Assembly: GCF_000014265.1 (NCBI RefSeq)
Contig: NC_008312.1
Location: 6,030,001-6,062,000 of the forward strand
From: Trichodesmium erythraeum IMS101
GTDB lineage: Bacteria; Cyanobacteriota; Cyanobacteriia; Cyanobacteriales; Microcoleaceae
Direction of reading: 5' to 3'
DNA length: 32,000 nucleotides
Part shown: positions 1-9,000 of the stretch, in pieces
How the letters are laid out: the number at the start of each line of letters is the position of its first letter
Numbering within the stretch: the first letter of the stretch is position 1
Notes under the pieces: model-generated
Seen by the model: the letters and a program-made list of their open reading frames with translations, nothing else
Database searches by the model: none
What the model was told of the DNA's origin: nothing
Made by a program: the position numbers and the translations under genes

Positions 1-305
1 TAATTGGTATTATAGTAAATTAACAAAAGGTCGCTACTGTATTAATCTCAACACTCTTAGTAACAGACTTTAGCATTGTAACAGTATTTTTTTAAGTACT
101 ATATCTTATAAGTAGTGATGCCGAATTAATTACACATATATACAAGCTCAATTATTAGCCTTCTTATCAGCTGAAATAATTAGGGTGAACTGAAAAAAAA
201 ACTGAAAGTATTTACTTAAATATTACTAAGGTTTTCTTGTGGAGAAAATTTACATTTTTGGGGCTCAGGTTTGTTTAAAATTATTAAATTTGAGCGACTA
301 AGGAT

Positions 306-691
306 AGAAAAATCGAAAAAAAAATGTTTCCCAAGATATCTTTTGTAATTCACATTTATTCCTGCTTCTATACCTCAATATTTTCTCGCTCTGTGTTTTC
401 TGCTCTTACTTATAATCTTACTTATAAAATGTATTCAGCAAGTCTTAATTAAAGTAGGTAAATAATAATGTAATGAAACTTAAGAGAAATCAATGGACAG
501 AAAAATCGAAAAAAAAAATGTTTCCCAATATATCTTTTGTAATTCACATTTATTCCTGCTTCTATACCTCAATATTTTCTCGCTCTGTGTTTTCTGCCCT
601 TACTTATAACCTTACTTATAAAATGTATTCAGCAAGTCTTAATTCAAGTAGGTAAATAATAATGTAACGAAATTTAAGAGAAATTAATACG
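306..691 (+). repeat. Tandem duplication, 2 x ~193 bp (306-498 and 499-691), upstream of the TPR-CHAT gene
   Basis: Direct reading: both copies start agaaaaatcgaaaaaaaa...tgtttccca and end ...taagagaaat. I count about 7 substitutions and 1 A-run indel between them. Confidence 0.85.
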
Positions 692-1179
692 CATAAAAAA
701 TTTAGTTATTAAAATGATAATTTGGAAAAATTTGAGGTTAGTTATATCTATTGTATGTCTATTAATTGTTCCTCCATCTATGATAGTCGATAAAAAAGCG
801 AATATAAATTCACAAGCACTGACAAAGCCGACAAAAAATGAGAGTTATTATATTTCACAAAATAATCTAAAAACTGAAATACAGAAACTTGAGCAACAAG
901 CAACTGAAGAATTTAATAATGGTAAATAAGAGAAATTAATACGCATAAAAAATTTAGTTATTAAAATGATAATTTGGAAAAATTTGAGGTTAGTTATATC
1001 TATTGTATGTCTATTAATTGTTCCTCCATCTATGATAGTCGATAAAAAAGCGAATATAAATTCACAAGCACTGACAAAGCCGACAAAAAATGAGAGTTAT
1101 TATATTTCACAAAATAATCTAAAAACTGAAATACAGAAACTTGAGCAACAAGCAACTGAAGAATTTAATAATGGTAAAT
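676..1179 (+). repeat. Perfect tandem duplication, 2 x 252 bp (676-927 and 928-1179), covering the 5' leader and first 71 codons of the TPR-CHAT gene
   Basis: ATG at 714 and ATG at 966 are offset by exactly 252 bp. The 71-aa ORF 714..929 is identical to residues 1-71 of ORF 966..3395. The junction reads ggtaaat|aagagaaatt. Confidence 0.95.
714..929 (+). pseudogene. Duplicated N-terminal fragment (71 aa, hydrophobic anchor plus linker) of the TPR-CHAT protein, ended by a TAA created at the duplication junction
   Basis: 100% identical to the first 71 residues of the downstream CDS. The stop codon spans the junction at 927-929. Confidence 0.7.
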
Positions 1180-3395
1180 TTGAGGTTGCTTTAGAACAAT
1201 TTAAACAAGTATTAGAAATTTATACTCAACAGAGCGATCGCTTTGGAATTATTCAAACTTTAGATAAAATTGCTGTTGTTTATGATGCTCAAGGTAAATA
1301 TCTGAAAGCTTTAGAATTTTATCAGAAAACATTAGAAAAGACTCAACAGGAGAAAAGTAGTGAAGATATTAGTGCTATTTTAAGTAAGATTGGTTTAGTT
1401 TATTCCCAGTTAGGTCAGTATGAAAAAGCTATAGATTTTTATCAGCAATCTTTAAATAAAAATTATCCAGAACAAGCTATTATTTTAAATAAAATTGGAA
1501 CAATTTATTACCATTTAAAACAATTTTCTAAAGCTTTAGAATATTATCAACGAGCTTTAGAGGTTAATCGGAAAAATAAAGATAATACTGGTATAGCAAA
1601 AACTCTAGATAATATAGGTGTAACTTATCGAGAACAGGAAAAATATTCTGAAGCATTAAAATATCATCAAGAAGCATTAGCTATTAAAGAAAAAATTGGT
1701 GATAACTATAATAATTCAGCTACTCTTCATCATATTGGCTTAGTTTATAGAGAATTAAATAAACATTCAGAAGCTCTAAAATTTTTAACTAAAACTTTGA
1801 TTATTGAACGACAACTTGGGCACCAAGATAAAGAGAGAATTACTCTTGCTAATATAGGTAAATTATTAGAAAGAAAGAATCAAGATCAATTAGCAATAAT
1901 TTTTTATAAACAATCAATTAATATTACTGAAAATATTAGGAAAGATTTAAAAAAATTACCAGTAGAACGGCAAAATTTACATATAAAAAGTATTCTTGAA
2001 ATCTATCGTATTTTGGCTGACTTATTGCTCCAACAAAAACGTGCTTTAGAAGCACATCAAATCTTAGATTTACAGCAAGTACAAGAAATATTTGAATATA
2101 TGGGGAACTTACAAACTGATGAATATGAATATAGTGAAGTTCCATTGCTAGAGTCAGAAAAAGTGTTTTGGGAAAAATATACTCAGCTAATAGATGAAGT
2201 TGATAAAAGCCATAAACAAAATCCAAATCACTTAGAGGAAAAATTAGTAAAAATTCAGCAATTTTTTGATAGTGAGGAAGTAAAATCTATAATTTCAGAA
2301 TTAGAGAAAAATGCTAGGAGTCAAAAGCTAAATTCAGATATAGTACTTTGGTTACAGTCTGAACTAAAGGAGCATAAGCAAAAAAATACTGTAGTCTTAT
2401 ATCCATTACTTTTAGAAAATCGATTAGAATTAGTATTAGTTAGTGCTAATTATCCTCCATTTCATCGAACTGTTTTAGTAAATGAGAAAGAGTTTAATCA
2501 AACAATATTTCGATTAAGAGGAAAATTAACAAATAAAAATAAGTCTAATCAAATAGTTATGCAGGAAGGATTAAAACTATATAATTGGTTGATTAAACCT
2601 ATAGAAATTTACCTCAAACTTATTCAAGCTCAAACAATTATTTATGCACCTGACCAGAAACTACGTTATATTCCATTGGCAGCACTATATGATGGAAAAA
2701 AATGGTTAGTAGAAAGATTTAAGGTTAATAATATTACTGCTGCAAGTTTAATGGACTTAGAACCTAGAGAAAGATTTAAACCTACAATTTTAGCAGGTGC
2801 TTTAACAGAAGGAAGTTATAATTTTGAAGTTGGTAAACAAAAGTTTGAATTTGAATCATTACCCTTCGCTGGAGTAGAGGTAGAGGAAATAGAGAAGATA
2901 TTTCCTGATACAAATAAATTGTTAGGCAATGGCTTTACTAAAGAAGCAGCAGAATCAAAAATGAATAGCTATAATATTGTACATTTTGCTACTCATTCTG
3001 CTTTTATAACTGGTCATCCAGAAGAATCTTTTATATTATTTGGAGATGGCGCTCTCGCTACTTTACGAGATGTAGAAAATTGGAATTTACAGGATGTAGA
3101 ATTAGTAGTTTTGAGTGCTTGTCAAACTGCTTTAGTAGAACAGACAGCAAATGGTCAAGAAATACTCGGTTTTGGTTATAAGATACAAGAAGCTGGAGCA
3201 GCGGCAAGTATAGCAACTCTATGGCGAGTTGATGATCAAGGTACTCAAGAATTTATGAATGATTTTTATACGGCTTTGAAGAATGGAGAAAGCAAGACAG
3301 TAGCATTACAAAAGGCACAAATTTCTATGATTAATAGTGAGTACAGTCACCCCTCTTATTGGGCACCATTTATTTTAATTGGAAATGGGCTGTGA
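966..3395 (+). CDS. TPR-repeat / CHAT-domain (caspase-fold peptidase) protein with N-terminal hydrophobic anchor, 809 aa
   Basis: N-terminus LRLVISIVCLLIVPP is hydrophobic. Residues ~70-330 show repeated 34-40 aa units of the form A(L/I)xxYQ(K/Q/R)(A/S)L, which is TPR-like. The C-terminus carries a CHAT-type His/Cys dyad context: VHFATHSAF ... LVVLSACQTAL ... YWAPFILIG. Confidence 0.85.
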   Translation: MIIWKNLRLVISIVCLLIVPPSMIVDKKANINSQALTKPTKNESYYISQNNLKTEIQKLEQQATEEFNNGKFEVALEQFKQVLEIYTQQSDRFGIIQTLDKIAVVYDAQGKYLKALEFYQKTLEKTQQEKSSEDISAILSKIGLVYSQLGQYEKAIDFYQQSLNKNYPEQAIILNKIGTIYYHLKQFSKALEYYQRALEVNRKNKDNTGIAKTLDNIGVTYREQEKYSEALKYHQEALAIKEKIGDNYNNSATLHHIGLVYRELNKHSEALKFLTKTLIIERQLGHQDKERITLANIGKLLERKNQDQLAIIFYKQSINITENIRKDLKKLPVERQNLHIKSILEIYRILADLLLQQKRALEAHQILDLQQVQEIFEYMGNLQTDEYEYSEVPLLESEKVFWEKYTQLIDEVDKSHKQNPNHLEEKLVKIQQFFDSEEVKSIISELEKNARSQKLNSDIVLWLQSELKEHKQKNTVVLYPLLLENRLELVLVSANYPPFHRTVLVNEKEFNQTIFRLRGKLTNKNKSNQIVMQEGLKLYNWLIKPIEIYLKLIQAQTIIYAPDQKLRYIPLAALYDGKKWLVERFKVNNITAASLMDLEPRERFKPTILAGALTEGSYNFEVGKQKFEFESLPFAGVEVEEIEKIFPDTNKLLGNGFTKEAAESKMNSYNIVHFATHSAFITGHPEESFILFGDGALATLRDVENWNLQDVELVVLSACQTALVEQTANGQEILGFGYKIQEAGAAASIATLWRVDDQGTQEFMNDFYTALKNGESKTVALQKAQISMINSEYSHPSYWAPFILIGNGL

Positions 3396-3418
3396 GTAGG
3401 TTTTGGAGGTTAGGAGCC

Positions 3419-3446
3419 AGAACTTAGAACTCAGAACTCAGAATAA
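3419..3446 (+). repeat. Heptanucleotide micro-repeat (AGAACTY x ~3.5), STRR-like, just after the TPR-CHAT stop
   Basis: Read directly: agaactt agaactc agaactc agaataa. Confidence 0.6.
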
Positions 3447-3597
3447 ATAACTTAAATGGTATTTCTTAGTTCATAAATTATATTTTAGTTCAAAATACAT
3501 ATACTATAAATCATTTTAATAACTCTAATGATTCATAATATTCTTTTTTTTAATTAGTAGAATATACCGAACAGCAAAAAAATTAAACTTTTGCAAT

Positions 3598-4525
3598 AGT
3601 TGTGATTGCTTCCCTATAAAATTAACGATTTTTGAATCCTAATTGAGATAACCTACCCTCTAAAAATATAATCGACTCAAAGCATTTGAAAATAAAATAA
3701 AGTACCTTTTTAGGTTTTAAAAAAATGCTATATTTTAAATATAAAAAGTTGTGATTGCTTCCCTATAAAATTAACGATTTTTGAATCCTAATTGAGATAA
3801 CCTACCCCTAAAAATATAATCGACATCAAATTAACGATTTGTGAATCCTAATTGAGATAACCTACCCTCTAAAAATATAATCGACTCAAAGCATTTGAAA
3901 ATAAAATAAAGTACCTTTTTAGGTTTTAAAAAAATGCTATATTTTAAATATAAAAAGTTGTGATTGCTTCCCTATAAAATTAACGATTTTTGAATCCTAA
4001 TTGAGATAACCTACCCCTAAAAATATAATCGACATCAAATTAACGATTTGTGAATCCTAATTGAGATAATCTACCCTCTAAAAATATAATCGACTCAAAG
4101 CATTTGAAAATAAAATAAAGTACCTTTTTAGGTTTTAAAAAAATGCTATATTTTAAATATAAAAAGTTGTGATTGCTTCCCTATAAAATTAACGATTTTT
4201 GAATCCTAATTGAGATAACCTACCCCTAAAAATATAATCGACATAAAATTAACGATTTGTGAATCCTAATTGAGATAACCTACCCTCTAAAAATATAATC
4301 GAATCAAAGCATTTGAAAATAAAATAAAGTACCTTTTTAGGTTTTAAAAAAATGCTATATTTTAAATATAAAAAGTTGTGATTGCTTCCCTATAAAATTA
4401 ACTATTTTTGAATCCTAATTGAAATAACCTACCCCTAAAAATATAATCAACTCAAAGCATTTAAAAATAAAATAAAGTACCTTTTTAGATTTTAAAAAAA
4501 TGCTATATTTTAAGTATAAAAAGTT
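3598..4525 (+). repeat. Nested tandem array: 5 units starting at 3598, 3747, 3956, 4165 and 4374. Outer units are ~149 bp; the three inner units are 209 bp because a ~60-bp sub-repeat is doubled (8 sub-repeat copies in total)
   Basis: Every unit starts agttgtgattgcttccctat, then carries the sub-repeat aaaattaacgattt(t/g)tgaatcctaattgagataacctaccc(t)ctaaaaatataatcgac, then the tail tcaaagcatttgaaaataaaataaagtacctttttaggttttaaaaaaatgctatattttaaatataaaa. Units differ by only a few substitutions, and the last unit is the most diverged. Stops occur in all frames. Confidence 0.95.
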
Positions 4526-4773
4526 AAAGACATAAAATATAATGTTTTTTTAATAGACCTTTCCACAAAACCTAATTAATCCTAAAACTTAAATTTGATC
4601 AGATAATTTAAGTAAAGATACTATATCTTTAAAAACACAGAAAAAAAACACAAGTTATTTGAGAAAAATTAATCTACTTTAAGAGATGACTTTTCTTATT
4701 TAATAAGTAAAATAATAAGAGCATAAAAAACTATGCAGTCTTATTTAATTCTGAAATACAGAGGTATTTTTTA

Positions 4774-4822
4774 GTGCGTAAAAATCCAATAATTAAACCT
4801 TTTTTAAAATGGGCAGGAGGCA
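4774..4822 (+). CDS. Exon 1 of DpnM/Dam-family (D12 class) N6-adenine DNA methyltransferase: GTG start, V/M-RKNPIIKPFLKWAGG plus the first base of the next codon
   Basis: agagg lies about 10 nt upstream of the GTG. The peptide PFLKWAGG matches the conserved Dam/DpnM N-terminal motif. The frame is broken at 4823 by GTGCG, the group II intron 5' consensus. Confidence 0.8.
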
Positions 4823-5402
4823 GTGCGGTTCGTTAGGTCCAAAACCGCTCCGGGAGCGGGGGAGGACTTGGGCCTGATCTCCGTGGGTCAGACTCAACTG
4901 TAGAGAGTTTCTAGGTTAAAGTCCTAGTATCAAGGTGTCTAGATTAACTCCATTATCCTTGCCAAGGAGACTGGCCGTCAAATAGGTAAAGCAGGATAAA
5001 AAGCAGGTAAGAGCTAACCTATCTAAGCTACATCCCTGCAAGGGAGGTTGAAAGGGTAAACGAAAGTGAACTGATGTTTGAAGCGTCGTCAGCCCAAGAC
5101 TGTGGACACGATAGGTAAAGTCCTAGTCGACTATGAATGAGGAGCAATGAGTTACCTCTCGTTGTTTAGACATCCTTCTCTTGCCTGCAAGAGCATTCAT
5201 CGGCGTATAGTCAGTACCCGACCCAACCAGATAAAACCTCTACGGAACGAAATAATTCTAGCAAAGTTCTCTCAGAGTAGGCAGCCAAGCCATAAACTTT
5301 GTCGGGAAAAGATGATGTCAGAAGCCAATGCCCTGAGTAACATCAGGGATATGCAGACGGACATCCCTAAGTCTAGAGAGTAGAAACCTAGTAGGAAGTA
5401 AA

Positions 5403-6902
5403 ATGTCCAATACGAGGGAGACAACTACGGTGGAAATGGAATGGCACAAAGTTAATTGGAAAGCAGTTAACAGAGCAATATTCCGGCTTCAGAAAAGAAT
5501 CTACAAAGCGTCACACAATGGTGATACTAAGGCTGTCAAGAAACTCCAGAAGTTATTGGTCAAGTCCAAGTCAGCTAGACTGCTTGCTGTCAGGAAAGTC
5601 ACTCAAGACAACACAGGTAAGAAAACACCAGGTATAGATGGGGTAGGGGAATTAGCACCATTACAAAAACTGGAATTAGCCCGAAATCTTAAATTGAATG
5701 GCAAGGCTAAACCTGTGAGGAGGATAGAAATTCCCAAGTCTGGCAGAAAGAAGAGAAAGCGACTAGGCGTGCCAACAAGGTTAGATAGAGCAAAGCAGGC
5801 TCTAGCCAAGCTAGCTTTAGAGCCAGAATGGGAGGCTAAATTTGAAGCGAATTCATTCGGCTTCAGACCAGGGAGGAGTACTAAGGACGCCATTAGGGAG
5901 ATTTGCAGCGATATTAACCAAGGGAGTTACTATGTCCTGGATGCCCATATTGAAAAGTGCTTTGACGGAATAAATTATAGGAAACTGTTAAATAAGCTTA
6001 ATACTTATCCAGGTATGCGCCGACAGGTTAAAGCTTGGCTTAAGTCAGGGTTTATTGAAGAAGATGTCTTTTATTCGAATGAAAGTAGGACTCCTCAAAG
6101 TGGCCTAATTTATCCGTTACTGGTCAATATAACTTTACATGGAATGCAGGAGGCATTACATGAGGAATTCTACAGGAAATACACCACCAAGGCGATCGCT
6201 CCTAAGTATAGTATTAGACCTGGCACTTTATTTCACCCTCCTCTCTTTCATAGGTATGCATTTGATTTGGTTCTGTTGCATAAAAGTAGGAAGGTGATAG
6301 AGGAGTCTCAGGTAATTATCAATGACTGGTTAAGGTCTATGGGGCTCCAATTGAAGGACTCAAAGACAAAACTGGCCCATACCTTAGGCGATGGAAAAGT
6401 CCAAACCGGATTTGACTATCTAGGGTTCAATGTTAGGCAATACCCAGTCAAGGATATTAACTGTGACACTGACAGGCAGGGGAAAAAGTTACGGTTTAAA
6501 ATTCTAATAAAACCCTCTAAAGAGGCAATAAAACGCCATACCAGAGTCCTTAAGCACACAATTAGACTATACCGCAATGCTTCACAGGAGAAACTAATAG
6601 AAATACTCACTCCCAAGATAAGGGCATGGAGTAACTATTATGATTCTGTGGTAAGCTTAAAAGTTTTTGGTAAGCTTGACAATATTCTCTTTTATCAGCT
6701 TCTCAGATGGGGTTATTACTGCGCCCCAATGCAGGGCAAGAAGCAAGTGGTAGATAAATACTGGGGAGTAGACAAAGGGAAAGGGTGGAAGTTTATAACA
6801 TCTGAGGGCAAACAACTCCGATGGCACAAGGATACTCCCATCAAAAGGTTTGTAAGACTGCAAGAAAACAAGTCTCCTTACCATGAAGACTGGGCTCACT
6901 AG
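5403..6902 (+). CDS. Group II intron-encoded protein (RT-like / maturase), 499 aa, with substituted RT catalytic residues
   Basis: RT1 TPGIDGV. RT2 RRIEIPKSG..RKRLGVPTRLDRAKQ...FGFRPGRS. RT3 reads LDAHIEKCFDGI where DADI is expected. RT4 reads TPQSGLIYPLLVNITL. RT5 reads RYAFDLVLL where YADD is expected. RT7 GFDYLGF. X/maturase region IRAWSNYY. Confidence 0.85.
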   Translation: MSNTRETTTVEMEWHKVNWKAVNRAIFRLQKRIYKASHNGDTKAVKKLQKLLVKSKSARLLAVRKVTQDNTGKKTPGIDGVGELAPLQKLELARNLKLNGKAKPVRRIEIPKSGRKKRKRLGVPTRLDRAKQALAKLALEPEWEAKFEANSFGFRPGRSTKDAIREICSDINQGSYYVLDAHIEKCFDGINYRKLLNKLNTYPGMRRQVKAWLKSGFIEEDVFYSNESRTPQSGLIYPLLVNITLHGMQEALHEEFYRKYTTKAIAPKYSIRPGTLFHPPLFHRYAFDLVLLHKSRKVIEESQVIINDWLRSMGLQLKDSKTKLAHTLGDGKVQTGFDYLGFNVRQYPVKDINCDTDRQGKKLRFKILIKPSKEAIKRHTRVLKHTIRLYRNASQEKLIEILTPKIRAWSNYYDSVVSLKVFGKLDNILFYQLLRWGYYCAPMQGKKQVVDKYWGVDKGKGWKFITSEGKQLRWHKDTPIKRFVRLQENKSPYHEDWAH

Positions 6903-6919
6903 ATACAAGGGCCCTCTAG

Positions 6920-7159
6920 TTACATAGTAGTAAAGAGGGAAGTTGCAATACTAACTGTAAGCAGTACTTTACTAAGGAGAATAGTCTGGAGGTGGATCAT
7001 ATTATTCTGTTCTCAAAAGGAGGAGGGGACAATATGGGCAGTAAACAGCTGACTTATAATTACTTTCACCATACCAAGACTGTCTCTGATGTAGCCATAG
7101 ACGCAAAGAAACTGACTAGGAGGAGCCGAGTGAGGGGGAACTCTCACGCTCGGTTTTGA
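6920..7159 (+). pseudogene. Out-of-frame relic of the IEP C-terminal HNH (En) module
   Basis: Read in a frame different from the IEP ORF: ...SCNTNCKQYFTKENSLEVDHIILFSKGGGDNMGSKQLTYNYFHHTKT...RRSRVRGNSHARF*. This resembles the CxxC ... LEVHHIxPxxxGGxD ... CHxxKT pattern but has substitutions, and it is cut off from the IEP by the stop at 6900-6902 plus a frame change. Confidence 0.65.
7123..7156 (+). other. Group II intron domain V (catalytic hairpin)
   Basis: GAGCCGAGUGAGGGGGAACUCUCACGCUCGGUUU. It has the 34-nt length, AGC triad position and GNRA-like loop layout of the canonical DV GAGCCGUAUGCGAUGAAAGUCGCACGUACGGUUC. Confidence 0.85.
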
Positions 7160-7198
7160 AGGAGAGGATGGAATAGTGATATTCTATTCGACTCTAAT

Positions 7199-8010
7199 AA
7201 AGACAATTATTATCTGAATTAACAAAATATATCGACCAAAAATCCCTAAAGAAATGTACATATTATGAACCTTTTATTGGTGGAGGAGCGCTTTTATTTG
7301 AATTGCAACCAACCAGAGCAGTTATTAATGATCAAAATAAGGAATTAATTAACTGTTACGAGGTAGTTAGAGATTCATTGGATGATTTAATTGAAGAGTT
7401 AAGAGAACATGAAAAACATAATAATGCTGATTATTTTTATGAAATTAGAGATTTAGATCGTTCACCAGAAAACTATAAAAGTCTCTCAGCAGTAAAAAGA
7501 GCAGCCAGAATTATTTATTTGAATAAAACTTGTTATAATGGTTTATTCAGAGTTAATTCTCAGGGGCAGTTTAATGTTCCTTTTGGTAGGTACAAAAAAC
7601 CGAATATTTTAGATGAAGCTGTTTTAAAATCTGTGAGTCTTTATTTAAAGAAAACTAAAGTAAAGATATTAGATAAGGATTTTGCTGAAGCAGTTAAAAA
7701 TGCTAAAAAAGGTGACTTTATTTATTTAGATCCCCCTTACGATCCTCTTTCTAATACCTCGTCTTTCACAGGATATGATATCAATGGTTTTAACAGGAAT
7801 GAACAAAAAAGACTAAGGGAAGTTTTTGATGAATTAAACGAGAAAGGTTGCCTGGTTATTTTAAGTAATTCTCAAACAGATTTTATTATGGGTTTGTATC
7901 AAGATTATCAGGATAAAATTAAGGTAGTCAGGGCAGCAAGAAGTATTAATTCTAAAGGCTTAAAAAGAGGTAGAATCAATGAAATTATAGTGTTAAATTT
8001 TTCAGCATAG
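7199..8010 (+). CDS. Exon 2 of the DpnM/Dam-family N6-adenine DNA methyltransferase; spliced product about 286 aa
   Basis: The frame is open from 7199: (K)RQLLSELTKYIDQKSLKKCTYYEPFIGGGALLFELQPTRAVINDQNKELINCY ... YNGLFRVNSQGQFNVPFGRYKKP ... DFIYLDPPYDP ... RGRINEIIVLNFSA*. The FxGxG AdoMet motif and the DPPY catalytic motif are present. From memory, similarity to DpnM (M.DpnII, GATC) runs along the whole length. Confidence 0.85.
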
Positions 8011-8951
8011 CTAGGATTAAATATGATGAAAGATTATTAACTATGTGAAAGTTTATTTCACGGATACCAAAAATTAAGAGCGGTCTATTAAAATAGTTTA
8101 TTTACGCTGGAAGGCATCTCAATTAACATCCTACTAGCATCAAATCAAAAATTATGATCAGAATTCCTGTCTATTAAAATAACTGAAGTTTTATTAGACT
8201 AGGTATAAGGGTTGATAAGTCTTTGGGAGTTCCTGGCTTAGAGCAAGTGTTACGTTTTTCAACTTGTCTATTTAATACTCTCGGACTGCCCGCCCGCGAC
8301 ATCTTTCAAAAATGGTTAGTTGGACGAGATTTTTAACTGCTATTGCTTCGACTATTTTAATTTTGGTAAAAGTGAATAATTTCTACAATATTGATAGTAA
8401 CTTTTATCTTTTATAGTGTGAAAAATACCACAATTAAAGCAAGTCTATTCTCTGAGATCTAATTCTTTTTGACTTCTTTTAAAAATACAATAATATTTCG
8501 GCTTATTGACTGCTATCTATAGTATTAATTACTCTAAAATCACGACTATACTTTTTTCAATTAGTTTCATTTATAATTTTACATTGTCTCTTTGTCAATT
8601 GATGCGCTCCAGCAAGAGACTTTCTATTTATTCAAGATATTGAGGTCGGTTAATATTAATCAGAAAGTTAACATCCTCCAACTACATTTCAAAAATAATG
8701 GTTAGTAGAAATAATGCTGCGTTACTAAAAAATCTTACGAGCTGAAGAAATATTTATATTGCCGAATTAACACACTCTTTAATTGCTAGTTTAGCTCTAA
8801 TATCAGTCCTCATAAACGAAGATAATTTTTTTGAGGATATTTTGATTCTAATTTCTTTATATCTCTAATATTTAAATCAATCAATGCTACATTGAAACCC
8901 TCAGTAAGCTAACTTATGAATAGTTGCAGCACCAATTCCATAAAAAAAGTT

Positions 8952-8983
8952 AATGAAATTGTAGTATTAAATTTTTTCAGTAG
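8952..8983 (+). repeat. Relic second copy of the methyltransferase 3' end (compare 7978-8010), 18 nt upstream of the nuclease ATG
   Basis: aatgaaattAtagtGttaaattttt-cag(ca)tag at 7978-8010 versus aatgaaattGtagtAttaaatttttTcagtag at 8952-8983. About 29 of 33 positions match. Confidence 0.7.
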
Positions 8984-9000
8984 AGACAAATTTTAGAAAT

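Larger units (their letters stand above)
4823..7198 (+). mobile_element. Group II intron (2376 bp) with internal IEP ORF, inserted in the methyltransferase gene
   Basis: 5' end is GTGCG. Domain V is the 34-mer gagccgagtgagggggaactctcacgctcggttt at 7123-7156. A domain VI-like helix follows (ggaatag...ctattc) with a candidate branch A at 7191. The 3' end is ...ctaAT. Removing 4823-7198 joins GGC A|AA AGA CAA to give in-frame WAGG-K-RQLL. Confidence 0.9.

Noticed and set aside
473-655. 60-aa ORF in the upstream duplication
   Set aside because: It lies within the duplicated 193-bp non-coding unit. The equivalent frame is broken in the first copy and the composition is low-complexity. Likely spurious.
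676-1179. DGR template/variable repeat pair (also considered for 23824-24102)
   Set aside because: The 252-bp copies are identical. The 138/141-bp copies differ by an indel patch rather than adenine-specific substitutions. The only RT nearby is a group II intron IEP.
1936-2226. Antisense 96-aa ORF inside the TPR-CHAT gene, plus antisense ORFs 5603..5893, 6416..6616 and 6657..6908 inside the IEP and 11274..11456 inside cpcS
   Set aside because: All are embedded antisense in CDSs with clear family signatures, and none has features of its own.
3598-4525. Possible CRISPR array next to a TPR-CHAT gene (type III-E-like context)
   Set aside because: The period is 149/209 bp, and the sequences between the repeated cores are themselves identical from unit to unit, so there are no unique spacers. 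No cas gene is present in the window. It is a tandem satellite-like array, not CRISPR.
5147-5383. 78-aa ORF upstream of the IEP
   Set aside because: It lies inside ribozyme domains I-III of the group II intron, has no recognisable family features and has no plausible RBS context. Treated as a chance ORF.
8011-8951. IS630/MITE-end matches inside the methylase-nuclease spacer (for example ttaacatcct at ~8120 and ~8668, ttgcttcgacta at ~8345)
   Set aside because: These are only 10-13 nt matches. That many are expected by chance between 32 kb AT-rich strands, so the nature of the inserted DNA stays unassigned.
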